Origin: Octopus sinensis
Lineage: Eukaryota
Assembly: GCF_006345805.1 (NCBI RefSeq)
Contig: NC_043015.1
Coordinates: forward strand, 25,234,001-25,298,000
DNA: 64,000 nucleotides
Direction: 5' to 3'
Shown: positions 1 through 13,077 of the stretch, piece by piece
Layout: each line of letters starts with the position of its first letter
How positions within the stretch are numbered: the first letter of the stretch is position 1
Translations under genes and position numbers: made by a program
The notes under the pieces: model-generated
Told to the model about the DNA's origin: nothing
The model's database searches: none
The model's input: the letters and a program-made list of their open reading frames with translations, nothing else

Positions 1-47
1 CAGCAACAGAAAAATATTTGATATACTCAGAGGAAAAATTTAAAAAA

Positions 48-657
48 CACCGGTTTTCGATGAAAGGAGTTCCCAATGCAAATATTTATATCCTTTTTCC
101 AGTAACTTTTCGTCACTGATCTTGAAAAAGTGTATACAAGCAATAATAAATCTCTGAACGAGGTATAAACAGTAACTGCATGACAATGTGAGGTATATTT
201 GCCGTCTCAATATGGCTAACCACTAAGGGTGGGTGTTACTGTTGCTTGTAGCCCCAGGAGAACATCTCCTCCAGCTGGCTATAGGCACACTTTCTGTGCC
301 TTATCGGTATAGGGCACAGATCAGTGACGAAAAGTTACTGGAAAAAGGATATAAATATTTGCATTGAGAACTCCTTTCATTGAAAACCGGTGATTGTTGT
401 ACGCTGATGACGGGTCAATACCCAGAAACTGCAGTCCGTGCGTATCACTTAGGTTGACGAGGGAAGGATGACCTCCCTTTGCAAATACCGATAGGACACA
501 GAAAGTGTACCTATTGCCAACTGGAGGAGATGTTCTCCTGGGGCTACAAGCCACAGTAACACCCACCCTTAGTGGTTAGCCATATTGAGACAGCAAATAT
601 ACCTCACATTGTCGTGCAGTTACTGTTTATATCTTGTTCAGAGATTTATTATTGCTT
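48..657. mobile_element. Penelope pseudo-LTR/retrozyme-like non-coding unit with inverted, permuted copy
   Basis: 48-122 is the reverse complement of 317-392; 138-310 is the reverse complement of 485-657 (about 90% identity by eye); an HHR motif lies between at 390-448; (TA)n follows. Confidence 0.7.
390..448 (+). ncRNA. Minimal type I hammerhead ribozyme motif
   Basis: GTACG-CTGATGA-cGGGtcaataCCCa-GAAA-CTGCAG-TC-CGTGC. Stem I 399-403/437-441 extends via 390-394/444-448; palindromic stem III ACTGCAGT; GUC site at 436; C.A mismatch at the base of stem II. Confidence 0.8.
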
Positions 658-1618
658 ATATATATATATACATATATAATTAAATCTAAAAATATAAGGT
701 AAAAATTAAATATTAACTTTTGATTTTTACCAGTGGCCAGCATGAGTAAAAATGTCCAGACTTCAAATATTATTACACACACACAGAGTTTTGTGAGTTG
801 GATTGTAAATCTATTGAAGTATATTTGTGGGGTTTTATGTCCATACATTTTCTAAGCACTTTTCTGTAGGTCCCTATGTGTGCTTACAGATGTTTGCAAT
901 TGTGTGTCTGTTTATCAACATGAGGGCAGTGCGAGAATGTATCTAAGAAAAATGCAGGGAATGCTTTGTAGTTTTCAGAATAAGTTTTAATGAGGCAGTT
1001 ATATTTTGGGTTAATGAACTCCAACACCTTCATAATTAATTAATGTTACTTTGATGTCATTACTAATTAAAGTGTGAAAAGAGAAACAATATATTTCATT
1101 GGGCTTCAATGCTACTGTTGAAGTTAACACTGTTATCTATTTTTATGAGAACTCAGTATATCTAGAGGAATATTTTTTTCTTTTCACATCAAGCTCCTAA
1201 AATTACCCAGCCTGTACTGATTGATGCAACACAACAAGATGTACAATAGCCAAGCCCTATGGAACAGATGCAGGATGTTTCGAAATGGTCATCATGCTGA
1301 ATAAACATTTGTACTAAATCATCATCTGTTTCCTTCATCAATTATAAACTCAACTAACACTACAGATATCCTGACGCAGATCCAGCGAAAATTATATCGT
1401 TACTCTGGATAACATCAGATAGCCCAAACGGTGAATGTGCTTTAATCGACATACTACTAATAGACATATACCCTAAAGTGTTATTCAAATTCTTTTACTT
1501 CTGACACATGTTTCGAAGACATCACTGGTATTATTCCAAAGAAATAAAATGGTGTAAAACAATGTAATTTTTTCCGTGTTAATTGTTAGAAATGGAAAAA
1601 TATACACATCTATTTATA

Positions 1619-1676
<58 letters not shown>

Positions 1677-1904
1677 GATGACCATCATCATGTAAGATCA
1701 GCTTTTTATACTTTCATGAGTTGGGTGATTTGACCAGCATTGGCAAACCAGGGAGCTGCACCAGGTTCCAGTCATCTGTTTTGGCTTGATTTCTATGTTT
1801 GGATGTCTTCCCTAATGCCTACCACCTCACAGAGTGTACTGAGTGTTTTTTACATGGTTCTAGCACCATGGGGTTGCCAATGAACTTACATACATTGAAC
1901 AAGA

Positions 1905-2293
1905 ACAGCTCAGTGAAGAAGTGCTGATCTCCAATGGTGGAGAGAACCTGTGAAAGAGGTAGACCCTGGAGGACATGGGAAGAGTTTGTGAAGCATGATC
2001 ATTGAAAATTGCACATCATGGGGGCAGTGACAAGTGACTGAGACATTTGGCAACGTACCATTCTTGAGAAGACCTGACATGCCATGTGAGATTGTAGTTG
2101 TAGCCGATGCCAGTGTTATGTTACTGGCACTCATGCTGGTGGCACTTAAAAGCACCCACTACACTCTTGGAATGGTTGGCATCAGGAAGGGCATCCAGCT
2201 GTAGAAACTATGCCAAATCAGATTGGAACCTGGTGGAGCTCCCCATCCAACCCATGCTAGCATGGAAAATGGACATTAAATGATGATGATGAT
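1905..2293 (+). mobile_element. RTE LINE 3' end relic plus 3' UTR ending in (GAT)n
   Basis: Residual frame resembling VKKC..VE.TC.RGRP..TW.E; the tail ccaacccatgctagcatggaaaatggacattaaatgatgatg is shared with 44191-45155. Confidence 0.6.
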
Positions 2294-2949
2294 GTGCGTA
2301 TATATGTATATATGAGACAGAATGGTAAGAATATTCATCTCCATTTGGAAGATATAGAGAAATAATAAGAAACTCCACCATTCCTTTTACATTGCAATTA
2401 ATTAATTCCCAGGGATATCATAACATTAATCATTTCAAAATACAACCGCATGTATTGTGAAAGAGATTATCATAATGAAATTAATTCCAAAATACATTAT
2501 TACACATTCAAAAATATATCATATACAAGATACATTACTACAATTAAACCATTTCAAAATTTCATATTCCAATGTACGTTTTACATCCAAATCATTTCAA
2601 AATACATAATTAAACATGCCAATGTGCATAATTACAAAAATACATAATTAGATATTTTAAAGTTGGTAATTACAAGCCGGTTTCAGTTATAAGAGATTTT
2701 CATTGTAATATCTGTGTGTAATGGCATGCTACTAGCCTTCATGAAATATATGATGTTTCTGCCAGATGGAGGCTTGCTAGAGATTCATGAGGTAACAAAG
2801 GAAGTAATATATTAGTAGGAAAATTAAGTAGAGTGCTAAATTTTCCTTCTACAACAATTCAAATATATGGGAAAATTTTTTCATAAATATTGATAAATGA
2901 ATGTAAAATAGTTATCAGTAATTGGTTAATGATATAAATTTGTTCATAT

Positions 2950-4740
2950 TTTACAATTATAAAGTTTCTTTATTGATTCTTTGATGTTCTGTTATATTTT
3001 CTGTTCGTTGATAGAGTGAGAAATGTTTAAAATTTGGTTGCTGTGTTTCAACATAACTATTTAAATACTGAGTCAAAGTTTCCTTGTGTTTGGATCATGT
3101 ATTTGTTGTTTGAACTATTATGCACTTTCTAAGTAACATTTCTGTTTGACCAATTTACTTCTTGCCATGCATACAGCATGTTATGACACAAATTAAGTTT
3201 CCAAAAGGAATGAGAAACCATTTTTTATTTAAAAAAACTTACCCATTCTTGAAGTGTAGCAACCTTTGAATATAATGATGCAAATTACACCATTCAATTT
3301 TCCACATTTTTTAACTTGGATTTTATGTAATTTTGGCAGCTAATTGGGAAAAATGCTTAAAACTTTTTCTTGAATGAATATGGCTGCTTTTTACTTTTAA
3401 TTATTCTTTTGTTTAAGATTATTTTCAGTTAAGAAATGTCTGAACAGGGGTAAATTTCGATGAATTACATTGAAAGCCTCAATGTTCTGAAGGATGTTGA
3501 TTGAAATGTCCAGTAAGGCACTTATTTCTGTTTTGATTTTTACAGTTCTTAAATCACTGATATCAGTCATGTCTGCTCTTTTGGTTGCATTATTAATCAT
3601 GGTACACAATGCTTTTCACTCAGAATATCTTTTTGTTCTTAAGTCTTTTTTCTTTTTAGATATCTTAGATTTTATACAGTAGTATGTATTCGTTTAGCAA
3701 GATTGTATAGCATATTATATCAGGTTTTGGATGACATGAAGTAAAAAGTACATGTTTTGTGTTTGTTGGTTTATAATATCTTAATCCTGTTTTTATCTCA
3801 AAAGTCTAATTAACCCTTGTTGTGTGTATTATACTGTGTGTTGTTCTTAATTCAATTTATGAGAGTTTTAATTTCCTGGAATTTATCCAAACCTTCTTTT
3901 CATTTGATAAAGCAAATGTTTAAATATCTCTTCCAATTGTTTCAAGTAATTATGGAAAGCTATATTTTTGCTGAAGTCTTTCATATATTTTTGTCCCAAG
4001 TTATCCCATTACTACATTTGCATATGTTGAAGCTCTTTTGGCCCCCATTGCCATACCTAATTTTGTCTATATGCTATTTGGTTGAAATTAAAATATATTT
4101 TGTGAAATAAATTGAAAAGCTTCAATAAGTTCTTTTTATGCATCCTGGTAATTCATAAGAACATTTGAGCTGAAAGTTTATTGCTTCTATTCCATATTCT
4201 TGCAGTATATTTCAATATAAGTTAACCACATCCAAAGAAACTATTTAAATGTCTTCATATTATTGTACACAGAAGGTGGTTTAAGTCAGCTCTTATATAA
4301 CCCTCTTATATGCTTGAAATATGGTTTTTATGTCTAAGAAACTGCATAGTCAATGAGCTTCAAAAGAAGGATCTGCCATTATTGTTTGTAATTTTAAATC
4401 ATTTGGTCAAAGAATATTCACACAAGAAAATGTGGATATTTTACAAGCAGCATTTTTAACATTCTTTTCATAAAAATTGTTTGTTTTACGTTTCAAATTA
4501 GGTGAGTAGTTATATTCTATACAGTTCAGCTTTTATTTTTAAATAACTAAGGACATTATGATTTTGTAGTATTTTCTGCTAAATATGATCAGTTTTGTTT
4601 TTTAAGTAAATTCTGAGTGTTTAATAATGTAATCTGGAAATGATTTGATTGTCAGAATATATATTAGATATGATATTATATTTTGAAATATGTAAAAGTG
4701 TATTTTGAAACGATTTGATTATAATGATATATAATAATTA
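2950..4740 (-). pseudogene. Decayed Penelope-like element ORF (reverse transcriptase + GIY-YIG endonuclease)
   Basis: Manual minus-strand translation gives SLDVVNLY*NI..YGIEAI (~4170-4245), GMAMGAKRASTYANVVMG (4004-4057), WKRYLNICFIK* (3900-3935), YYKPTNTK..FTSCHP and YNLAKRI (~3680-3780), and ICVITCCMHGKK*IGQT (~3143-3193). Many stops and frameshifts; ends approximate. Confidence 0.85.
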
Positions 4741-6150
4741 GGAATTAATTAGCTGCAGTGAAAACGGAATAATGCATGGGCAGTATCCAACAATGGCCAC
4801 TGACTAATGACTGAAATGAGTATATATATATATATATATTAGGTTGAAAAGGAACACACAAGTTGATATATATGGAAAAAAAATTCAAAGAAAATGCTAA
4901 AATAATTTTTAAAACAACATTTCGGTAGCGGTTTCAGTCATTGAGACTTTTCAACTGTGAATATGGAAAACAAATTTTGGAAAAATTAAAAGAAAAGTTT
5001 TTTAAAAGAATATTTGCATAGTATTCAAATACAAGAGGCGTTTTCCTTGTTTCTGCCTGTCTCTGTCTCTCTTCAGACAAAACAAGAGAGACAGAGACAA
5101 GCAGATGAACACTAAACAATGGTGATGATGACATATATCTATATACACACACACACACACACACACATTTATATAATCAAACATGTACACATATATATAC
5201 ACACACACACACATACACATAGCTCGAGATTCTTAAACATGTCTGTCTTCTAAATCTCCTCAAAATTTTGATCAGCCTCAAGTCACTAATAACTGGCATC
5301 ACACAATGACCGAACACAAAACCACTTGGTTGGGAAACAAGCGTCTCAACCACACAGCCATGCATGCAGCTTCAGTTAACCTAATGTGAATAGTATAAGA
5401 CACAATATAAAGGAACTTTTACAATGTTGTTGTGTCACTTCATCTCAGGTAATGTTTGTATTCTCTGTTGTTGATTCTTTGTCTTAAGCTGCAGACTTTA
5501 TCCATGTCGTGCTCTGTAGTCAAGAACATCTTGAATGCTCTCTTAAGCAGAGACTTCACCATTGACATTTTATTTTCCTGTTTATACCACCCATCCCCAT
5601 TGCATTTGCTGCCATTTGACAGGCACTCAACAGTAAAAAGATATGATGTTGGGTTTCCTGTTTCTAAAACTTAAATGATATTGTCATAACTATCAAATCA
5701 GGCCCAAACTAATTGCTTAATACAGAAAATAAGACTGTGAACAGCAACAAACATTACTGGACTTGCTGATTTTGTGGTTCCAATTAACAATGAAATTCAA
5801 TATGTAAATAATAAGAAACTGGAACAGTGTTGTGGTTTTACAAGTTTCATTATATATATGTGTGTGTGTGTGTGTGTGCACATACATACATGCACATATA
5901 TACATACACATATACACACACACATGTGCGTATATATACATACACATGTACACCTACATACATATATATATACATACATATATACACACACACATATGTG
6001 TGTATATATACATACACATATACATCTACTAATATATAGATATATATACATAATAATGAAGGGTGAAATTAATTAATTTGGAATAATTATCAATTACACC
6101 AAGTAGTCTTCGGCATGTAAAAGCCTCATTCGAGGAAAATTTAAGTAATA

Positions 6151-6279
6151 CTAAGCAATAAAGGGTTTAGCAACGAATTGCCTTACCACATACCGAATTT
6201 AGAAATATAACTCTTTGACTGCTATTTCTAAATTCGGTATGTGGTAAGGCAATTCGTTGCTAAACCCTTTATTGCTTAG
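6151..6279. repeat. Perfect 57-bp inverted repeat with 15-nt spacer
   Basis: 6151-6207 is the exact reverse complement of 6223-6279. Confidence 0.95.
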
Positions 6280-6720
6280 ATATATATACATATATTTATG
6301 CATATACACACACACAAGCACAGGCACACACATACACACACATACATTGCAACAGACTGGTGTCCCATCCAAGTGAGGAATTTATATGCCTTGAAATCAG
6401 GAAACCAGCCCTCATTAGTCAATATGACTTAAGAAGATAACTTTCAAATTTTGGGGGATGGCTGTTGACCCCTGAGTTACTCTGCCTTTGACAAGTTTTT
6501 GTTTTTCTTCATCCTGCAGGGTGTCCAAAAATTATCCTAACCCTCACCAAGCAAGCTTTGTGGCATTGCCAGTTTAGTCACCTATAACTTGACCATGTGA
6601 CAGATTGTACAGGGTTACACATTACCTGTAGTACTCATGAGTGACCTGGCATTAGTAAACATTGTTATGGTTATTACCCCCTCTCCCAAATTTCAGGCCC
6701 ATCTGCCTTTAGTAGAAAGG

Positions 6721-6767
<47 letters not shown>

Positions 6768-6809
6768 CATTATTATTATTGTTGTTGTTGTTGTTGTTGT
6801 TGTTGTTAA

Positions 6810-7020
6810 GATGATGAGCAAGCAGAATCATTAGCATACTGGACGAAATGCTTAGTGGTATTTCACCCGTCACTACATTCTTCAAATTCTGCTGCAGTTA
6901 ACGTTACCTTTCATCTTTTTGGGGTCGATAAATTAAGTGCCAGTTGTGTACTGGGGTTGATGTAATCGACTGGCCCCCTCCAGCAAAATTTCGGGCGTTG
7001 TGCCTATAGTAGAAGGGATT
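6810..7020 (+). mobile_element. SINE with conserved central domain (Nin/Deu-like)
   Basis: gcagaatcattagcatactggacgaaatgcttag...ctttcatcttttt ggggtcgataaattaagtgccag...ctggggttgatgtaatcgact recurs many times in the window; flanked by (ATT)n. The domain name is from memory. Confidence 0.65.
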
Positions 7021-7044
7021 ATTATTATTATTATTTTCATTATC

Positions 7045-7460
7045 ATTTTCTTTCAATTGTTTCCATTTCTTGCCGAGTGTCTTCCTAACACCTAGGGCAG
7101 ACAAACGCACTGTATACATTGGTATCCACCAAATTGTTCATTTACAAAGTCATGTGACAGAGAAAAAGGGGAAGAAAGACAGAGAGAAAAAGGAAAACTG
7201 AAAAGTAAAAAAGTAAACAAAGAAATTAAAGGGGAAAATAGGAAAGTAAATTCACAGCGACAATTCTCTTCTCAATATGTGTAACCAGTTACCAGTTAAG
7301 ACTATCTTTTGCACTTCCTGCATGGATGGTAAGCCAGGGATCATTCTTAAATAATTTTCAGTTTTATTTTTTATCATTTTAAGTGCTCCTACAATCACTG
7401 ATATTGTAACCATCTTGAGACGCCACATCTTTTCAATTTTGATTAGCAAATCTTTATATT
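7045..7460 (-). mobile_element. R4/Dong-type LINE 3' fragment (end of RLE domain + 3' UTR)
   Basis: ORF 7252-7497 reads KYKDLLIKIEKMWRLKMVTISVIVGALKMI...GLPSMQEVQKIVLTG; 3' UTR 7050-7150 matches 23655-23735; bounded by (ATT)n. Confidence 0.8.
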
Positions 7461-7569
7461 TTCTTCTTATTATTATTATTATTTCCAACATACACAATAA
7501 ATCAGACAGTTGGAAAAAATTCTTAGCATTGGGCTACCAGTAAACTTATTATTGAAGACGTTGCACAGT

Positions 7570-8235
7570 ATTCAATATTGTGACGTTGAAGATTGAAGAT
7601 ATTGTGTGTACCAGGGGTTTGTATTGTCTGTCAAGTCAAAACAAGGACCTCAGACAGAGAGTACTTTGCGCAATATGCGTGCAGTTCCAAGTAATGTTGA
7701 TTTTTGCACTGACATTGCACATCCAGCAGATCATACTAACTTCATTTCTTTCAAGCTTACACATGTCTTCAGCAGCCACAGCCTACATTTCACTGCCATG
7801 TAGCATGGCAGTTCAAACACATGCATCGTACAATCTACTTTTCACTCTGAGCGAGAGGCCTTTTGTTACCAGTAGAGGTAGGAGCTTTCTGAATTTTGCC
7901 CAGGCTATTCTTACTCTAGTGGCAGTGCTCTCTGAGCATCCACCCCCACTGCAGACTTGGTCACTGGGAAGACAACTTTTATGTGCGGCAGATGCACTAC
8001 AGATGTTCAGAAAACTGATTCCATCACATGTCAGGGGGAGAAACTAGAAGTAGTTGATACCCTCTGCTACCTAGGTGACTTGGTCACCTAGGTATCAGTT
8101 TTCTGAGCATCTTCGGTGTTTATTGTCCCTGTGCATCTGCCGCACACAAAAGCTATCTTCCCAGTTAACCTTCCTTTGATGTTGCTGTACCTCTTATCCA
8201 TCCATAGCTTACACTGGGTACATCTTATGGAGTTT
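7570..8235 (-). mobile_element. RTE LINE fragment with internal inversion
   Basis: Minus frame reads GGGCSESTATRVRIAWAKFRKLLPLLVTKGLSLRVK..LYDACV; 7962-8076 reads in plus (CGRC...EKLEVVDTLCYLGD); 12-bp palindrome arms at 8068-8094. Confidence 0.8.
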
Positions 8236-8364
8236 CTACCTACATCTTTTCTACAGATTGAGCAAAAGATTTAATTCTGATTTACTTCATTGATTTAATT
8301 CTGTTTGTGTCACCAATATTGTGATTCTGTGAATCTAAAGACCCTTGAGAAATACTAAGAAGAT

Positions 8365-8540
8365 GGCGACATTGGGGGAGGAGGAGGAGAGAGGGGGAGG
8401 AGGAGAGAGGGGGAGGAGGAGAGAGGAGAAGGAGGAGATGGAGGAAGAGGGGGAGGAGGAGATAGAGGAAGAGGAGGAGAGAGGAGGAGGAGGAGATAGA
8501 GGAGGAGGAGAGAGGAGGAGAAAAAGGAGGAGGAAAATTC
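8365..8540. repeat. (GAG/GA)-rich polypurine tract
   Basis: Direct inspection. Confidence 0.9.
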
Positions 8541-8988
8541 TATAACAAAAGATTGAGAATTAAAGAAAGAATGAATGAATGAAACAAGGGAACAACATTA
8601 ATAAGAGAGAAAGAGGAAAAAGAGAGAAAAGAGAAAACAAAAGAAACGAAGAAATGAATGTGGGAAATAATTTCACTCTCAAACAAATAAGCAACTACAC
8701 ACACACACACACACATTTCCCTAAAGCAAACATTTGTTATAAATGTGATGAGGGTGGTGGTGGTGGTTGTGGCGGTGGTAGTGGCTGTAGTGATGTTGAT
8801 GGTGGTGGTGATGTGGATGGTGATTAGATGACCAAGAAAACGGAAAAGGAGGAGCGGGGAGAGGGGGGATGTATACAGTGATACCAGAAACAGCAGTATT
8901 ACGCAAATGAAACTGACAGGAAGAAAGAGAAAAATTTAATCGTACACTTAATATGGGAGTGGAAATTTTGTGTGTGTGTTATGCTTTT

Positions 8989-9045
<57 letters not shown>

Positions 9046-10064
9046 ATGTCATTGGATGTTTGAATTTGAACCTGTTGACAAATTGTAAACTTCTGGAAAA
9101 TAACATTTTGCAAATGCTCTCAGTAAGAATGTTAAAATATCTGTTTGTGAGTGTGCAAATGTGTGTGTGTGTGTGTGTATATATATATGCTTGCATGCGT
9201 ATTATTTATGTATGTCTATGTAAGTACCCATATGCCTGTGTGTGTAGGAACAAATGAGGATATGAAGAAGAATTAGAGAAGGAGCAAGTGATAGAATTAG
9301 AGAGAGAGAGAGAGTGAATGAGTTAATGAATGTGTGTGAGTGTGTGTGCATGTGTGTGCGTGTGTGAAAGAGAAAGAAGAGATTAAGACAATGAGGAGGC
9401 AAACAAGTGTAGAAAGAGAAAAGATGAAAAACAAAGGAAAGAGAAGTGAAAACAAAAACAGGAAAACAAATTGAATGAAGAATGAGAAAAATATTGCATT
9501 CAATATATTTTGGAATAAAACTCAACAGGTGATTGACAGAGAGAGAAAGAGAGGCAGACAAAAGAAGGGTGAGAGAGAGAGAGAGAGATGGTAAGTCAGT
9601 GAAACAATGGGTAACGTGAAAAAAATGAGACCTCTCTGCAATGTGACAAAGCAATTCAAAGTTTTGCAGATAATTGCAGCGACACAAAAGTTTGGCAGAC
9701 ATTTTAAGTTTTATGATTGCATGGTTCGAGTTTTTATTTCACTTTTTAAATCTGTCTTCTACTGCTAATGTAACCATTGTCTTTGTACATTAAGTCGGTG
9801 CCATATATACTATGACACTCTATAATACATACAATATAGCACCATGTACATATATATGTGTGTATATATATATGTATGTATATATATATGTGTGTGTGTA
9901 TGTGTGTGTATGTGTGTATGTGTGTGTGTGTGTATGTGTATGTGTTTGCATGTGTGTGTGTATAAATAATGTATATAAATGTACATTTATATATATGAAG
10001 GTATATATATGTATATATATATATATATCATCCATCTATATTATATCATCCATCTATATTACCC

Positions 10065-10420
10065 AAGCATTTCATTCTTGGTTTACTCCTTGGTATCTCT
10101 GCCAGGTGACAGGACTTTAAGAAACCATCTTGCTGCTCTTTCTGGCAACATTCCAACCATTGCCCACGTCACTGATATTGTCATCTCTCAATGTGGAAAA
10201 ATAGCAGTTTGACTTGGAGAGACACCCTGATCTTTGAGCTATCCACCCTATTGAGTAACATTACTCCAGACATCCATCTGAGAAACTCCATTTCAGCTGC
10301 TAGTACTCACAACTTTACTCTTTCAGTCATTCAACAACTTCCAAGGCCCTAAGTGAGGAGAATTTGAAGACAACAAGTTTGGCTTTCTTTTATCAACTTT
10401 TCTGCTTCTGGTGCACTACT
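10065..10420 (-). mobile_element. Degenerate RTE LINE C-terminal fragment
   Basis: Minus frame reads VLAAEMEFLRWMSGVMLLNRVDSSKIRVSLQV. Confidence 0.6.
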
Positions 10421-10975
10421 GTGCCAGCTCCTCTGTGTGCGTTTTTGTGTTTGTCCCTCACTACCATTTGTCACAGGTGTTGGTTTGTTTACATCCCTGT
10501 TACCTAGTTGTAACCAACAGAATAAGAAGCAGACTTAAAAATAAGAACTGGGATGAATTTGACCGACAGACACCTTCAAGGTAGTGCCCCAGCATGGCTG
10601 CAGTCCAATAACTAGAAGAAGTAAAAGAGATAAAACACACACTGTCTTTGAGCCATTCCTGTGTACCAATTTTAACTGAAGAAGACATTTTCCCAAGATG
10701 TCATTTAGTGAGTTCAAGTCCAAAATCATGGCTGCAAAGCAAATTTGTATAAGTGCCACAGCCCTACCATATCTATTACAAAACACAACCACTAAGATAT
10801 CAAACTGAAAATACTGAAAAGACACAAAAAAACATTTTCACTAATCTAAATAACAATACAAGAGTGTAAAACTTCAGACTTACTTTTGATGTTTGTTTAG
10901 ACTTATCTCAGATTATCCCTCACCTTTTATTAACTCTTATTAACCATTATCTATTATTGTTCCTAATCTTGTCTG

Positions 10976-11114
10976 ATTCTCCCTTCTCTCTGACTGGCCC
11001 TCAATTCTCCCTTCTCTCTGATTGACCCTCATTCTCCCTTCTCTCTGATTGACTCTTATTCTCCATTCTCTCTGATTGACCATCAATCTCCCTTCTCTCT
11101 GATTGACCCTCATT
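10976..11114. repeat. 27-bp minisatellite, 5 copies
   Basis: Unit ATTCTCCCTTCTCTCTGATTGACCCTC; accounts for the RVNQREGRM repeats in ORF 10940-11206. Confidence 0.95.
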
Positions 11115-12213
11115 ATCTCTGGAACTAACATTCCTAACATATTTCCAGTCATAATGTATCTAGGACCATATCCATTTTTTTTTTTCTTTTTGTTTAAACT
11201 TTTCAATACAAACCCGCCAAAACTTACCTGGGGCTGAATATGATATAAACTTCCTCATTTAATGTAATTAAAATTAAAACCTTCCATGAAAACTTCATAT
11301 TTATTGAAGTCCTAAATGGAAGACAATGTATTTTAAGAGAAATAGAACAGAGAGTGGGTTAATGGTAAGATATTCTATAAGAAGGTTATCTCCTTAGATC
11401 CCATCATTCAGTGGTTTGCAGGCCAGATCTAAACTCATTTGATGTGTCAGCAGGGGTAATTGAAAAGCTTCTATCTTCCTGCAGTAAATATGCCCTGCAG
11501 TGAGAAGGGATTTCAATTGACAAAAATAAAGGTGATGACACCCCTCCAACGCCATTGTCCTCTTTGAAGGAAAGAACAGCTTCAAAATGTGCATGTGCTG
11601 CACCTTCCTATCTCACAATAAATACATTGTAAATATTGGAAGCAAAATTCTGAAATATTTTTACAAATTAATTCATATTTTATCTAAAAAAAAACCTTTC
11701 CTGAACACACACGCACAAATGCACACATATATGTATGAAAGTGTGCACACATGTGTGTGAGTTACATACATCACATAAATTGCAAGATAAGAATATTTAA
11801 CTATCAAAAAAAAAACAAGCAAATTAAAATTTTGAATCTTGAGAATTCTGGTTCAAATATTTTTTTCCTTTCCCTTCTGCACCCTCCCCACGACACACAC
11901 ACACAACCAGTCACAATACAATCTACATTTCAATAAATATTCCTTTCAAAAATATATTCTTCAAATTATCAGAAGTATATTATTATTTTATTGATATTAC
12001 TCTCATTATTCATGACAATAGCAAGAATACTAAAGTGTTGAGAAATTCAAACACATGCATAGTTTTACACACACACACACATATACATAGATACACACAC
12101 ATGCACACATACATAGATATATGTTCATATAGATATACATACACACATACATTACATTCATATGTTGTATACAAACACACACACACATATATATACATAT
12201 GCACACACACAAC

Positions 12214-12254
<41 letters not shown>

Positions 12255-13044
12255 ACACACATATTCATTTAAATCAACAACATACTGAAAGTATTATTGT
12301 CTGTTGTCAGACTGCTTGAGGAAAATGTCTTGCAATCCTACCATTCTAGAAGAGAACTACAGCAAATTGCCCCCCCCCCCCACACACACACATAAGCATG
12401 AACATACATACACGCACACACACACACACACACACATGCAGCCAGCTAAGTGACTGAAATTAGATCAGAAATAAAAATAAAAAATTATAGTAAACATGAC
12501 AAAAATAAAGTATAGCAACAACAAAAATATTAAGAATAATAACAATGAGGAATATAAATCTGTCCTTTTGCATTATAAGATTGTAATCACCCATTCACAC
12601 ACACACACACGCACACACACACATACACACAGGGAAGCATGTGTACAGAGGCATTCGTATGTGTGTGCACCATTGAATGCCCATATGTATACACACATAC
12701 ACATATGTATGTATGGATTTTTATACATACATACACTACTGATAAATAAAGAAATATATATATATATATGTATGTATGTATATATGTAAATACATACAAT
12801 ACTGATAGCTGTAGCAGAAATAATAATTCAAATATTAAGGCTAAACTAATGTTTAGCTGCTGAAAATTTCTGATACGTTTATGGATAGCATTTAATTCTC
12901 AGATATTTTAGCCATCTTAAATTGGTACCACTTTCTTGCTTTCTTGTGTTTCCCACAAATTGATCATGCTGAACAATAATATTTCAATACGACCAGTCCC
13001 TATTCGAAATTCATGTCCCCTATTCTGTCCCTTGGGCAGAACTC

Positions 13045-13077
<33 letters not shown>

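Noticed and set aside
6098-6140. Minus-strand CGAATGA-GGC..GCC-GAAG beside the perfect hairpin as an HHR (also similar remnants at ~1270-1300, ~1495-1550 and 2665-2750)
   Set aside because: Multiple core mismatches and no convincing stems I/III; at most fossil motifs.
11394-11610. GC-richer unique block with short ORFs
   Set aside because: No frame gives a recognisable protein, and the best plus frame contains a stop.
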